Source: Candidatus Cloacimonadota bacterium (lineage in GTDB: Bacteria; Muiribacteriota; UBA6191). From it: a stretch of DNA of 64,000 nt. Shown one piece after another: positions 29,581-38,793 of this stretch. The notes beneath the pieces are model-generated. The model was not told the origin of the DNA and did not search any database. It worked only from the letters and a program-made list of their open reading frames with translations. A program made the position numbers and the translations under genes. Numbering within the stretch: the stretch's first letter is position 1; each line of letters begins with the position of its first letter. The stretch is taken from NCBI GenBank assembly GCA_019454875.1, contig JACFNL010000001.1:83648-147647 (forward strand), in the 5' to 3' direction.

Positions 29581-30791
29581 AGCAATTGCCCAATGCCAAG
29601 ATGAAAATCCTGATTATGCAATAAACATCCCTGGGCCGTCAAAGCAGGTCCCATAGGACAGAATCTGTTATGTTCCTCACGGTTTTTCTGACATGTTTCC
29701 TGCATGGAGATTATAAAACTTCTGAGTGAACCTTCAATTCGGGTTCTAAGCAAGGGAAGCATTTCCTGTAAATCCCAAACAATAATACTGGAATCAATTT
29801 CGGGTTCGGAATGGGAAATATCCACCGGGTCACCAAATTCCATGCGAATTTCAGATCGCTCCCTTTTAATGCTTAGATGACCAAAATTGAATGGCAGAGG
29901 AATATGTAACCCCTGATTTATTCTTTTATAAGGGTGCTGATTTTCAATCAGATATCCAATCAGCTCGGTCAGGATTCGTGCAGAATCTGAAGGCTCATTA
30001 AAAGTCAGGCTTAGATTGAGAGAAAATCCTGCTGACTGCCGTTTGTAAACAATGCCACTGAGCTTAACTAGTTTGGAGAGGGCTTTTGCAAGTTCCCTAT
30101 TTTTTAAATCGAGACTTTCAGGTAGATGTTTCCAGTTGATAAAAACATAACTTGAGCAATCACTACAGTAGGAGTTTTTTGGTTCTACTTCCTTTATGCT
30201 GTCTGTATTTTTTTGGGAACAATCAAGAGTTAAATCGCTTGCGGATCCAAGAATCACACACTCTCTATTGGGAGTAGACAAAGATTTTGGTATACGGTTT
30301 GATATCCTAAGAACTTCCCTGTCAGCGCTAAGACAAAAATCCGCGTCCAATCCCTGCCTCAAACACAGGTGTTCGCCCAAATCCAGCTGAATTGTCTGTT
30401 CCCGGCTTAAGCGGGCAATCCAGTCTGACCACAGGCTTCTATCCTGAACCAGTTCCCAGGAGCTCCAGTTATTTGGTAACACTCTTAATGAAAATCCGTC
30501 AAATGGCTTGAAAATTCCCATATCACTGGCAAAATATGCCGCCTGAACCCCGGAGTCCTGTCGCCGGGAAAACACAAGCCAACGCCACAGAACATTCATG
30601 ATTGTATACGAGACCCATTCTTTAGCCATCAATGGCTGGCGAACAATCAGGCCTCCTCCCAAAAATTCAGCTCTGGATGTATCCACTGGCCCATTTTGGC
30701 CTACGGTATATTGCGTGACCAAAGGCCCTGAGGAGAACAGATATAGGGACCCCACTGTGACAAAGGCCAGAATCAGAAGCCATTTCATCAC
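29481..30791 (-). CDS. Hypothetical exported protein (436 aa), translationally coupled to maf
   Basis: Signal/TM MMKWLLILAFVTVGSLYLF. Start overlaps the maf stop (ATGA). No recognised domain. Confidence 0.3.
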   Translation of the reverse strand: MMKWLLILAFVTVGSLYLFSSGPLVTQYTVGQNGPVDTSRAEFLGGGLIVRQPLMAKEWVSYTIMNVLWRWLVFSRRQDSGVQAAYFASDMGIFKPFDGFSLRVLPNNWSSWELVQDRSLWSDWIARLSREQTIQLDLGEHLCLRQGLDADFCLSADREVLRISNRIPKSLSTPNRECVILGSASDLTLDCSQKNTDSIKEVEPKNSYCSDCSSYVFINWKHLPESLDLKNRELAKALSKLVKLSGIVYKRQSAGFSLNLSLTFNEPSDSARILTELIGYLIENQHPYKRINQGLHIPLPFNFGHLSIKRERSEIRMEFGDPVDISHSEPEIDSSIIVWDLQEMLPLLRTRIEGSLRSFIISMQETCQKNREEHNRFCPMGPALTAQGCLLHNQDFHLGIGQLLYGDVLKVLPVLTRGDFELLGDVEDFRARVRWR

Positions 30792-31387
30792 AAAAACCGG
30801 CAGATACCCAGGCTTAACAAATCATGCAGTAACCCGGGAGCCGGCAAACCCATAACATTATAATAACAGCCTTCAATTTTTCTAATAAAACAAAAGCTCA
30901 AATCCTGGATTGCGTACGCTCCTGCCTTATCCTGAAATTTGTCTTTATCCAGCCAGCAATCAATCAGTTTGGGAGGCAAATCAAAAAACTCAACCTCAGT
31001 GCTGTACACCTTTTGCAAAAGATGTTTTCCATCCACAGAAACCAGACTGACACCGGTATGAACCTGATGTGACTGGCCGGAAAGAAGCTTTAGAACCTCA
31101 AATGCCTCATCCCTGTTTTCAAATTTCCCCAAGAGTCTGTCGTTCAATGCCACAACCGTGTCAAAGCAGAACAAAAATCCTGACTCCAGCTGATTGGATT
31201 TCAGAATGCTCAAAGACTTGTACAGGGCATTTTCCAGGGCAAATTCACTACCAACACCCTGAATTCTTAAAAGCTCATCCTCAGAACTCAGAATCTGAAA
31301 CTTTTGAAACAGGTAGGCAAACAGTTCCTTGCGACGCGGAGAAGCTGATCCTAGATACACTGGTTGATTGTCATAAAAATTTAACAT
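30788..31387 (-). CDS. maf: Maf-like nucleoside-triphosphate pyrophosphatase
   Basis: VYLGSASPRRKELF N-terminal Maf signature. 199 aa. Confidence 0.8.
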   Translation of the reverse strand: MLNFYDNQPVYLGSASPRRKELFAYLFQKFQILSSEDELLRIQGVGSEFALENALYKSLSILKSNQLESGFLFCFDTVVALNDRLLGKFENRDEAFEVLKLLSGQSHQVHTGVSLVSVDGKHLLQKVYSTEVEFFDLPPKLIDCWLDKDKFQDKAGAYAIQDLSFCFIRKIEGCYYNVMGLPAPGLLHDLLSLGICRFL

Positions 31388-31389
31388 AC

Positions 31390-31414
31390 AAAAAAGCCCT
31401 GAGGTTCAGGGCTT
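31390..31414 (-). terminator. Rho-independent terminator after rpsT
   Basis: Minus strand reads AGCCCTGAACCTCAGGGCT hairpin followed by TTTTTT, immediately upstream of the maf start. Confidence 0.5.
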
Positions 31415-31473
31415 TGTCTATCCTTTGCTTTTAAAATCATTCCTCCTGTTTTGGGGGGTGATTTTTCAAGGAC

Positions 31474-31752
31474 TCAGCTTGGTTTTGCTGCGCTTAATTG
31501 GTTCACGCGAACCATCAGACGGCTTTTATTTCTAGCCGCAGTGTTCTTGTGAATGATGTTTTTTGAAACCATTTTATCAAACAAGCGCAAAGTTCCAGGC
31601 AACGCCGCAGAAATAGCTTCCTGATTACCTTCTGTTAACAGTTTTGCCATTTTCTTTTTGGCGGTGCGCAGAGACGCTTTCAAAGCTGAATTACGCTCTG
31701 TACGCTTGACAGCCTGTCGAGCGCGTTTGGCTACTGATGCTATATTGGCCAT
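31474..31752 (-). CDS. rpsT: 30S ribosomal protein S20
   Basis: MANIASVAKRARQAVKRTERN... is the typical S20 N-terminus. 92 aa, basic. Confidence 0.9.
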   Translation of the reverse strand: MANIASVAKRARQAVKRTERNSALKASLRTAKKKMAKLLTEGNQEAISAALPGTLRLFDKMVSKNIIHKNTAARNKSRLMVRVNQLSAAKPS

Positions 31753-31848
31753 TGCGAACCTTAATCCTTTTCTAATCGTGAGAACTATGCTAAATGCAGG
31801 GGACGGATTATAACATATCGAATGATTATGTCAAACTCTAATTCCAGT

Positions 31849-33009
31849 TCAAAGTCTTTCAAGCCAGTGATCCCGAAACTCAAGAAACTGTCCCGCCCCA
31901 ATTGCTTCTCTGGCGTTTTTTAAAAAATTCTTAAAAAATGCCAGATTGTGCCAGGTTAATAACCTTTGACCAGTGGTCTCTTTCATCTTCAGAAGATGAT
32001 GAACATAGGAGGCGGAATAGTTCTGACAAATCCGGCAATCACAATGTGAATCAATCGCAGATAACTGGGTACGGAATCGGGAATTCAAAAGATTTACCTG
32101 ACCATTGGCCGTAAATGCCCGTCCGTGTCTTGCCACTCTAGTTGGCATTACACAGTCAAACAGATCCACCCCGCATTCGATGGCTGTCAGAAAATCATGA
32201 GGGGTACCCACTCCCATCAGATAATGAAGTCGATGTGGATCCATCAGTGGGCCCACATGCTGAAGCACCCGTGACATGTCTTCTCTTGACTCACCTACAG
32301 ACAGGCCACCGATGGCAATACCACTAAAAGGCAAATCCTGAATAAACTTTAAGGATCGTTCACGAAGGTCCTGATGCACTCCGCCCTGGAAAATTCCGAA
32401 AAGATGCTGCCTTCCGGGATCTCTGGTAAATTCCTCAACACATTGTATAGCCCAGCGATGGGTCAGCTCCATTGATTTTTCAATATAGGATCGGGGGGCA
32501 TCCCCTGGGGGACATTCATCAAGGCACATCATAATGTCTGCCCCGATGGCCCTTTGAATCTGAATCACAGAAGCTGGTTCAAATCGATGCTTGGATCCGT
32601 CATAAACAGATTGGAAGGTAACTCCCTGCTCATCTAGTTTGCGCATCCCTTCCAGAGAAAAAATCTGAAAACCCCCACTGTCTGTGAGCATTGCCCCGGA
32701 AAAACCGGTAAAGTTATGCAGACCACCGTGTTCCCGTAAAACCTCTATTCCCGGCTTGAGGTACAGATGATAGGTATTACCCAGAATAATGGGAAAACCT
32801 AAGGCCTGTAAATCTGCCGAATCCAGGGTCTTTACAGCCCCTCTGGTACCAACTGGCATAAACTGGGGGGTTTCTATTTTAACTCCCCTAAGAGTAAATT
32901 CTGTTACTCTTGCCAGGGATTTTGAGTCTTGCGCTTTTAGGGTAATTGGAATCATAAGGGGACATAATACAACAAAGGACCGGTCCCCGTAAGGGAACCG
33001 ATCCTTCAA
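31849..33009 (-). CDS. tgt: Queuine tRNA-ribosyltransferase (tRNA-guanine transglycosylase)
   Basis: ETPQFMPVGTRGAVK, LGNTYHLYL, and zinc motif CDCRIC...H. True start may be Met19 (32955). Confidence 0.85.
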   Translation of the reverse strand: MKDRFPYGDRSFVVLCPLMIPITLKAQDSKSLARVTEFTLRGVKIETPQFMPVGTRGAVKTLDSADLQALGFPIILGNTYHLYLKPGIEVLREHGGLHNFTGFSGAMLTDSGGFQIFSLEGMRKLDEQGVTFQSVYDGSKHRFEPASVIQIQRAIGADIMMCLDECPPGDAPRSYIEKSMELTHRWAIQCVEEFTRDPGRQHLFGIFQGGVHQDLRERSLKFIQDLPFSGIAIGGLSVGESREDMSRVLQHVGPLMDPHRLHYLMGVGTPHDFLTAIECGVDLFDCVMPTRVARHGRAFTANGQVNLLNSRFRTQLSAIDSHCDCRICQNYSASYVHHLLKMKETTGQRLLTWHNLAFFKNFLKNAREAIGAGQFLEFRDHWLERL

Positions 33010-33030
33010 AGCGATCAGACTAGCTGCAAA

Positions 33031-33627
33031 TTATTGGAAGTATTGATCCAAAAACCTCAGAGCATCCATGTAAAACGCTCTTTCCTTGCCCTGGCTGTTA
33101 TGCAACTGATAAGTCACATTCTTCTTGATTTCCACACGAACATTGGAAATCGTAGTTTTCATGCTGCGATCCCCAATTCTGTAAATCTTGGCCAACACTT
33201 GCAAAAGGCGAGATTCAGTAGCTTCCAGATCCCGTTTTACAGTTTCAATCACAGCACGGGCCAGATCTTTTTCTTCCTGAAGAAGTCTTACATAAGTCTT
33301 CATCAGTTCTTTCTGATCTGCTCCAGAGCTTGCAGACTGCTGCAATTTTACTTCCATTTGCATTACCTCAGTGTATTTGTCCCTAAGACCATACAACTGA
33401 TCAATAAAGCCCATTACTACCTGGGTATCAGCCTGACCTAACTCACGAACAATGTCAGCAATAGCTGCCATGTCCCCTGCCCGGGTACTGTTCATCATAG
33501 ACTCTGGAGAACGAGGATAAGTCTTCCTGCCCTCTTCCAGATCCTGTACCTCATTAGCCATGGGTGAACCCATAAATGCAACGCCCAAAACCCCTGTCAA
33601 AACCAGTTTGCTCAGTTTCATGCTCAT
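33031..33627 (-). CDS. Hypothetical secreted helical protein (198 aa)
   Basis: Signal peptide MKLSKLVLTGVLGVAFMGSPMA. Directly downstream of the Gly/Tyr-rich protein gene. Confidence 0.35.
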   Translation of the reverse strand: MSMKLSKLVLTGVLGVAFMGSPMANEVQDLEEGRKTYPRSPESMMNSTRAGDMAAIADIVRELGQADTQVVMGFIDQLYGLRDKYTEVMQMEVKLQQSASSGADQKELMKTYVRLLQEEKDLARAVIETVKRDLEATESRLLQVLAKIYRIGDRSMKTTISNVRVEIKKNVTYQLHNSQGKERAFYMDALRFLDQYFQ

Positions 33628-33661
33628 ATCTCCTTGCTACTATCCAATCGCTTTAAATCAA

Positions 33662-33688
33662 GGCGAACCCACTATAAGCAGGTTCGCC
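33662..33688 (-). terminator. Weak candidate hairpin terminator after the Gly/Tyr-rich protein gene
   Basis: GGCGAACC-11 nt-GGTTCGCC, 8-bp stem. On the minus strand it is followed by TTGATTTAAAG, only moderately U-rich. Confidence 0.3.
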
Positions 33689-33699
33689 ACTATATTCAA

Positions 33700-35208
33700 C
33701 TACTGCCTGGCCTCTTCAAGCTTCTTCTGTGCTGCAGTATATGCATCACGAGCCGCCTTGATTCTGGCTGCATCCCCAGTGGCAATGGCCTGGGTCAATT
33801 CCTGATATGCCTTGTTCACCGCATCCTGCAATGCTGCCAGATCTGTTGGTGCTAAAGGAGCCACAACCGCTGGAGTCTGTACCGCTGGCTGGCTGGCTAC
33901 TGGAGCTTCCCCGCCGGTAGATGCAGAACTGTAACCATAATATCCTGATGTTGGGAATCCGCCACCATAACCGTAGCCAGCCCCATAACCACCGGGATAA
34001 GTAGTTCCATAACCTGGTGTGCCGTATCCGGGAGTACCATAACCGGGTGTGCCGTATCCAGGCATTCCGTACCCTGGTGTCCCATAACCAGGCATACCAT
34101 AACCTGGCTGACCACCATAATACCCAGGATATGTACCATAACCTGGCATCATGTGAGTTGTATCATTTAATACCAGAGAACCTGAATTGATTTCCTGGAC
34201 AATTCCTGATAGCTCATTGGCAGCAACAGTACGATCCTGAATTGAGGAAGCATACATGAGTCTGCGAATCAGTCGTTCGTTACCTGTAGGTGGTACAGAA
34301 GCAATCAAGCCCTGTAACCTGACTCTTGCATTAGAGGAGTTACCTGGAAAATCCATGATAATCTGATTCAACTGCTGCAACAAAAAGCCCTTGTCAATAT
34401 CCTGCTGACCAGGAAAAGTCTGGTTTCCGTTGCCGCCCCATCCGATGGAGAGCTGACCATTAGACCAGTCTGTTAAAATTCCATTCACTTCCATGGAAAT
34501 CTGCTCTTTATTGCGAAGATTTGCAGCCAGATACAGCCTTCTCATCAGGTTTGAGTCTCCGTAGGTGCGGATGTAGGAAATGATTTGCTGAATCCGTGCG
34601 TGGGCATTGTAAATGCGGTTCTGATCCACATCAGATTTGATGAATCTTAACTGATCTGTAATCCAGTTCTCATCTACGAACTGACCTGCGCCCATTCCAT
34701 AACCTGGCATTCCCATACCTGGGGTACCATAACCAGGAACTCCATACCCAGGAACTCCATAACCAGGAACTCCATAACCAGGTACGCCAGTTCCAGGATA
34801 GAAACTTCCTCCACCGGGATAATAGCCCTGACCATAACCATTGCCGGCATAATAACCGTTTGAGCCGTAGTTATAACCAGTGTTCACACCGCCCTGATTG
34901 TAGCCAGTGTTGTATCCTGTTCCCTGATTGTAGCCAGTATTGTAACCAGTGCCCTGATTATAACCAGTATTGTACCCAGTACCCTGATTGTAACCAGTCC
35001 CAGTATTATAGGCTCCACCCAGACCATCGTAGCGGCCAGCCGTTGAGCTTACAGCAGCATTTGTTTGATACTGTGCAGTCTCAGAGGCGGATACAGGCAT
35101 CGACTGGACCAGGAAGATTCCGAAGGCAGCGACTTTCAGACCAAAGCGAATTGGTCTTGTCGATAATTTTATGCTGCTGTTAGCTTTCATGTCTTTCCTC
35201 CACTCCAT
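33700..35208 (-). CDS. Secreted Gly/Tyr/Pro-rich repeat protein (502 aa) with C-terminal Ala-rich helix
   Basis: Signal peptide. Block 1 is (TGYNQG/TGYN) and (VPGYG)x5. Central ~200 aa holds two related globular halves. Block 2 is (PGYGTPGYGM)n. C-terminal helix AALQDAVNKAYQELTQAIATGDAARIKAARDAYTAAQKKLEEARQ. Confidence 0.5.
   Translation of the reverse strand: MEWRKDMKANSSIKLSTRPIRFGLKVAAFGIFLVQSMPVSASETAQYQTNAAVSSTAGRYDGLGGAYNTGTGYNQGTGYNTGYNQGTGYNTGYNQGTGYNTGYNQGGVNTGYNYGSNGYYAGNGYGQGYYPGGGSFYPGTGVPGYGVPGYGVPGYGVPGYGTPGMGMPGYGMGAGQFVDENWITDQLRFIKSDVDQNRIYNAHARIQQIISYIRTYGDSNLMRRLYLAANLRNKEQISMEVNGILTDWSNGQLSIGWGGNGNQTFPGQQDIDKGFLLQQLNQIIMDFPGNSSNARVRLQGLIASVPPTGNERLIRRLMYASSIQDRTVAANELSGIVQEINSGSLVLNDTTHMMPGYGTYPGYYGGQPGYGMPGYGTPGYGMPGYGTPGYGTPGYGTPGYGTTYPGGYGAGYGYGGGFPTSGYYGYSSASTGGEAPVASQPAVQTPAVVAPLAPTDLAALQDAVNKAYQELTQAIATGDAARIKAARDAYTAAQKKLEEARQ
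33930..34140. repeat. In-frame tandem repeats (~30-bp unit) encoding PGYG(T/M)PGYGx
   Basis: Imperfect tandem copies of ccgtatccgggagtaccataaccgggtgtg-like units. All multiples of 3. Confidence 0.6.
34690..35010. repeat. In-frame tandem repeats (15-bp and 30-bp units) encoding VPGYG and YNQGTGYNTG
   Basis: aggaactccataacc x4-5 (34730-34800), then ccctgattgtagccagtgttgtaacc-like ~30-bp units x3.5 (34870-35000). Confidence 0.6.
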
Positions 35209-35365
35209 TTCTGTGAACCGACGCTTCCTTATACCCGGCCCACGAGGGACGGTTTCTATGCATTCTCTGCGTTGATTTCACTTTCTATACGGTGGATAGG
35301 CAGAAAAGGTTTCAAGTGATGTAAATTTTGATAGTATATGGCCCTATTTTTATCAAGGAGAACCC

Positions 35366-37690
35366 ATGAACTTAACCTGGAACTGGCTCAAAGAGGTGTC
35401 CAAAGTAGAAGCAACCCGTGCTGAAGCTATTAAAACACTGGAAGATTTAGGCATTGAGGTAGAAGGATGTACCCCTACTCTTGCCGACTTCAGTGGAGTT
35501 TTTGTTGGAGAAATCCTGGACACGGCCAGCCACCCGGAAGCAGATAAGCTGAGACTTTGTACCGTAGATATCGGTACTCAGACTCTGAGTATAGTTTGTG
35601 GCGCTCCCAATGCCAGAGCAGGAATCAAGGTCCCGGTTGCCCTGATGGGCGCAAAACTGCCCGCATTTGGAGTCTTGAAACCTAGAAAAATCAGAGGGGT
35701 GGACTCAGAAGGCATGATCTGTTCCGAGGCAGAACTGGGATTTAGCGACGAATCTGATGGAATCTGGGAACTAAGTTCTGATATCAAAGTCGGCACAAAT
35801 TTTCGTGACTGTTTTTTGGAAGATTACATCCTGGAAATCTCTGTGACCCCCAATCGGCCCGATTGTTTAGGCATACTTGGCCTGAGTCGTGAATTGGGGC
35901 TTAGGTTAAAAACTGCTCTGGATATTAAGGTGACAGAACTAACCGAATCCGTAATAAATGATATTCCAATAAGCATCATGGACTCTGACTGTATAAGCTA
36001 CAGCGGTGCTCTGTTTACTGAAGTGAAGGTCGGCCCCTCTCCTTTATGGCTTCAGGAGCTTCTTAAACACTCGGGCATTCGCTCCATCAATAATGTGGTG
36101 GATCTTACCAATTATCTGATGCTGTTATACGGGCACCCCCTGCATGCCTTTGATGCAGACAAGGTTGAGGGTAAACTTGTGATCCGCTCAGCCTGTGCAG
36201 ATGAAACCCTCAAGACCCTGGATGGAATCGTTCGTGAATTGCATGAAGAAGACTTAGTCATTGCTGATGCAAAAAAACCTCTGGCTTTAGCCGGTATTAT
36301 GGGTGGAGAGGACTCCGGGGTAACAGAACAGACCACCAGGGTTTTAGTTGAAGTTGCCTGCTTTGACCCTGTGCGCATTCGCAAAATGGCCAAACGCCAT
36401 AAAATGCATACCGATGCTTCTCACCGATTTGAGAGGGGCATGGATCCAATGGGAACAAAAACGGTTGCTAACCACATGGGAAATCTTTTAATCGAGATTG
36501 CCAATGCCAGACTCAATGGGTTTGAAACCCAGCACGGAAAAAGGCCAGAGCCAAAAATACTGGACCTTGAATTAAAATTGATCACCAGAATGTTAGGTCA
36601 TCAGCCCGATACGGACATGATCCTGACCTGGCTAAATAAGTTAGGCTGCCAGGTAACTGTGCAAAATCAGAGCTTAAAAGTAACTGTGCCCACCTTTAGA
36701 CCCGATTTGGAAAGACCTATTGATCTTGTGGAAGAGATTGCCCGTATCTGGGGCTATGATCAAATTGATTTTTGTGAGCCTGTTGCATGCCTTCCTGCCA
36801 TGAAGGCCCAAAATGATATTGAGGTGTTAGAACACATTCAAAACATTTTATCCTCCTGTGGCCTTAATGAAACCATTAACTATTCCTTCACCCCCCCCAC
36901 TGAGCAGGGACTTTTCCTCAAAAACCCCCTGTCTGAAGAAATGTCCTGTCTCAGAAAAGATCTTTTAACAAACCTTCTGGAAAGTGGCCTGTTAAATTTC
37001 AGAAGGCAAAATAAACTGGTTCAGACCTTTGAAATTGGCAAAGTTTTTGCCCAGGACCTCACCGAGAAATTTCACTTAGCCATACTTATGGCCGGAAACG
37101 AAGAAGAATCCTGGAAAATCAAACGGGAACCAGTGGGTTTTTTTGAATTAAAGGGAATTTTGGAAGAAATGTTTCAAAGGCTACGGCTTCGATTCGAGTT
37201 AAAAGAAAACAAAGCCGGCCCCTTGATCCCCCATCTTAGTCCCGCACTTGATATTTTTGTCAGGGGCAAAAGTATTGGAAGCTTAGGGCTTCTGCCTAAA
37301 AATCTACAGAAAAAACACAAGCTTCAGTTTCCTGTGGCCATGGCAGAGCTTGATTTGTCCTCGCTTTTCACTCATAAGCCTCAGACCATCAGTATGGAGC
37401 CTTTGCCCCTGTTTCCAGGATCAGAGAGGCAGCTAGCCCTGATTTTAGATACAGGCACTGCTTCCGAAGATATTCTAAAGGCCGTCCGCAGCTTAAAGAT
37501 CAGCTATCTGGAAAGTGTAGGGGTTTTTGATGTCTATACAGGCAAGGGAATGCCTGAAAACAAATTCAGCCTTGGTCTGAAATTTTACCTCCGTGCCCTG
37601 GATAAAACCTTGGGAGAAGAAGAAATTCAGGGGGCCATGGAACAGATACTTAAACTTTTAAATCAGAAGTTTGGCGCGTACCTGAGATAA
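35366..37690 (+). CDS. pheT: Phenylalanine-tRNA ligase beta subunit
   Basis: 774 aa, PheT-like throughout. AGGAG Shine-Dalgarno upstream of the ATG. No pheS immediately upstream. Confidence 0.9.
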   Translation: MNLTWNWLKEVSKVEATRAEAIKTLEDLGIEVEGCTPTLADFSGVFVGEILDTASHPEADKLRLCTVDIGTQTLSIVCGAPNARAGIKVPVALMGAKLPAFGVLKPRKIRGVDSEGMICSEAELGFSDESDGIWELSSDIKVGTNFRDCFLEDYILEISVTPNRPDCLGILGLSRELGLRLKTALDIKVTELTESVINDIPISIMDSDCISYSGALFTEVKVGPSPLWLQELLKHSGIRSINNVVDLTNYLMLLYGHPLHAFDADKVEGKLVIRSACADETLKTLDGIVRELHEEDLVIADAKKPLALAGIMGGEDSGVTEQTTRVLVEVACFDPVRIRKMAKRHKMHTDASHRFERGMDPMGTKTVANHMGNLLIEIANARLNGFETQHGKRPEPKILDLELKLITRMLGHQPDTDMILTWLNKLGCQVTVQNQSLKVTVPTFRPDLERPIDLVEEIARIWGYDQIDFCEPVACLPAMKAQNDIEVLEHIQNILSSCGLNETINYSFTPPTEQGLFLKNPLSEEMSCLRKDLLTNLLESGLLNFRRQNKLVQTFEIGKVFAQDLTEKFHLAILMAGNEEESWKIKREPVGFFELKGILEEMFQRLRLRFELKENKAGPLIPHLSPALDIFVRGKSIGSLGLLPKNLQKKHKLQFPVAMAELDLSSLFTHKPQTISMEPLPLFPGSERQLALILDTGTASEDILKAVRSLKISYLESVGVFDVYTGKGMPENKFSLGLKFYLRALDKTLGEEEIQGAMEQILKLLNQKFGAYLR

Positions 37691-38793
37691 TGAACTGTCT
37701 GGAGTGGCTAAATAATAACAGTGCATCTTCGGAAGATACAAAAGTCTTTTATGTTCTGGGAGAAAATCTCCTGGAGCGCAATCTGATTGAAAAATACTGG
37801 TATCAATCACTTAGGGAAAAATATCCAGGCATTCAGAAAACGGATATGGACTCAGCATGTCCAGCCCAGATTAAACCGCTTGACTGGTATTTGCAGGTTT
37901 TGACTCAAAGGACCCTGATTCCAAAACCTGCACTATACCTGATGAATCTGGACCGTTTCAGCCCCAGTGATAAAAAGCGGATTTTGGAAACATCCCTGGT
38001 TTCAGTAAAAAACCACCTGTATTTTTTAATCATGACGGGAAGCAGTCCAGGAATTGACCTCGCGACCCAAAAGACCATTGTGATTGGCAATAAAACCAAA
38101 GCTCTGGATCTGACTGCCCTGTTGCAATGGATCTTACGAAAAGAACATATCGCCCTGCCTGATTCTGTCACAAATCGTCTTGTTCAAAGGCTTTCAGATA
38201 ACGAAACTGGTCTCTTATCTGAAGTTTCCAAACTAAAGTATCTGATGTATTCCGAACCAAAGAACATGGATTGGGACGCAATTTATCCAGAGCCTTTGAT
38301 TGAGGAGGACTTTTTTACTTTAGTTCGTGCCCTGGTGGATAAGGATCCAAGAATCTGGTTTCTTAACTGGAAACTACTTAAAGATTCCGACAATATCCTT
38401 CTAAAAATCAGGCAGCAGCTTCAGACCCTGGAAAGAATAAAAAGAGCCATTCCCAAAGAAATGCGCCCAAAAATTCTACTTTTAGCCCAAAAAGCCAAGG
38501 ACTCAAGAAACCGCAAAACAAGGCAGGACGCGATTTTGGAAATTAAAGCCCTGTTAAATCAGGGTACAGACTCACAAATGGAGAACATTTTAAGTAAAGA
38601 AGCCCGTATCCCCTACCTGATTCGGGATCAGGCCAGATTTGATGATGAAGAACTTGATGAGATGCTTATGGATTTAGGACGGTGTATTAACGAAACCCGT
38701 TCAAAAAACTCATCAAAATCACTCATTCCTAAAACACTCTTAACAAGACTGTTTGGCAGTAACAAACGATTTTTATCTAGCTCACACGCATAA
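37690..38793 (+). CDS. Hypothetical protein (367 aa), possibly DNA polymerase III delta (HolA)-like
   Basis: Start overlaps the pheT stop (TAATG). N-terminal VFYVLGENLLERNL resembles the HolA vYLLyGeE motif. Weak. Confidence 0.3.
   Translation: MNCLEWLNNNSASSEDTKVFYVLGENLLERNLIEKYWYQSLREKYPGIQKTDMDSACPAQIKPLDWYLQVLTQRTLIPKPALYLMNLDRFSPSDKKRILETSLVSVKNHLYFLIMTGSSPGIDLATQKTIVIGNKTKALDLTALLQWILRKEHIALPDSVTNRLVQRLSDNETGLLSEVSKLKYLMYSEPKNMDWDAIYPEPLIEEDFFTLVRALVDKDPRIWFLNWKLLKDSDNILLKIRQQLQTLERIKRAIPKEMRPKILLLAQKAKDSRNRKTRQDAILEIKALLNQGTDSQMENILSKEARIPYLIRDQARFDDEELDEMLMDLGRCINETRSKNSSKSLIPKTLLTRLFGSNKRFLSSSHA

Noticed and set aside
32979-33006. Possible hairpin between the 198-aa secreted protein gene and tgt
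   Set aside because: Stem has a mismatch (GGTCCCC vs GGGAACC) and no U-tract. It may also lie within the tgt N-terminal coding extension.
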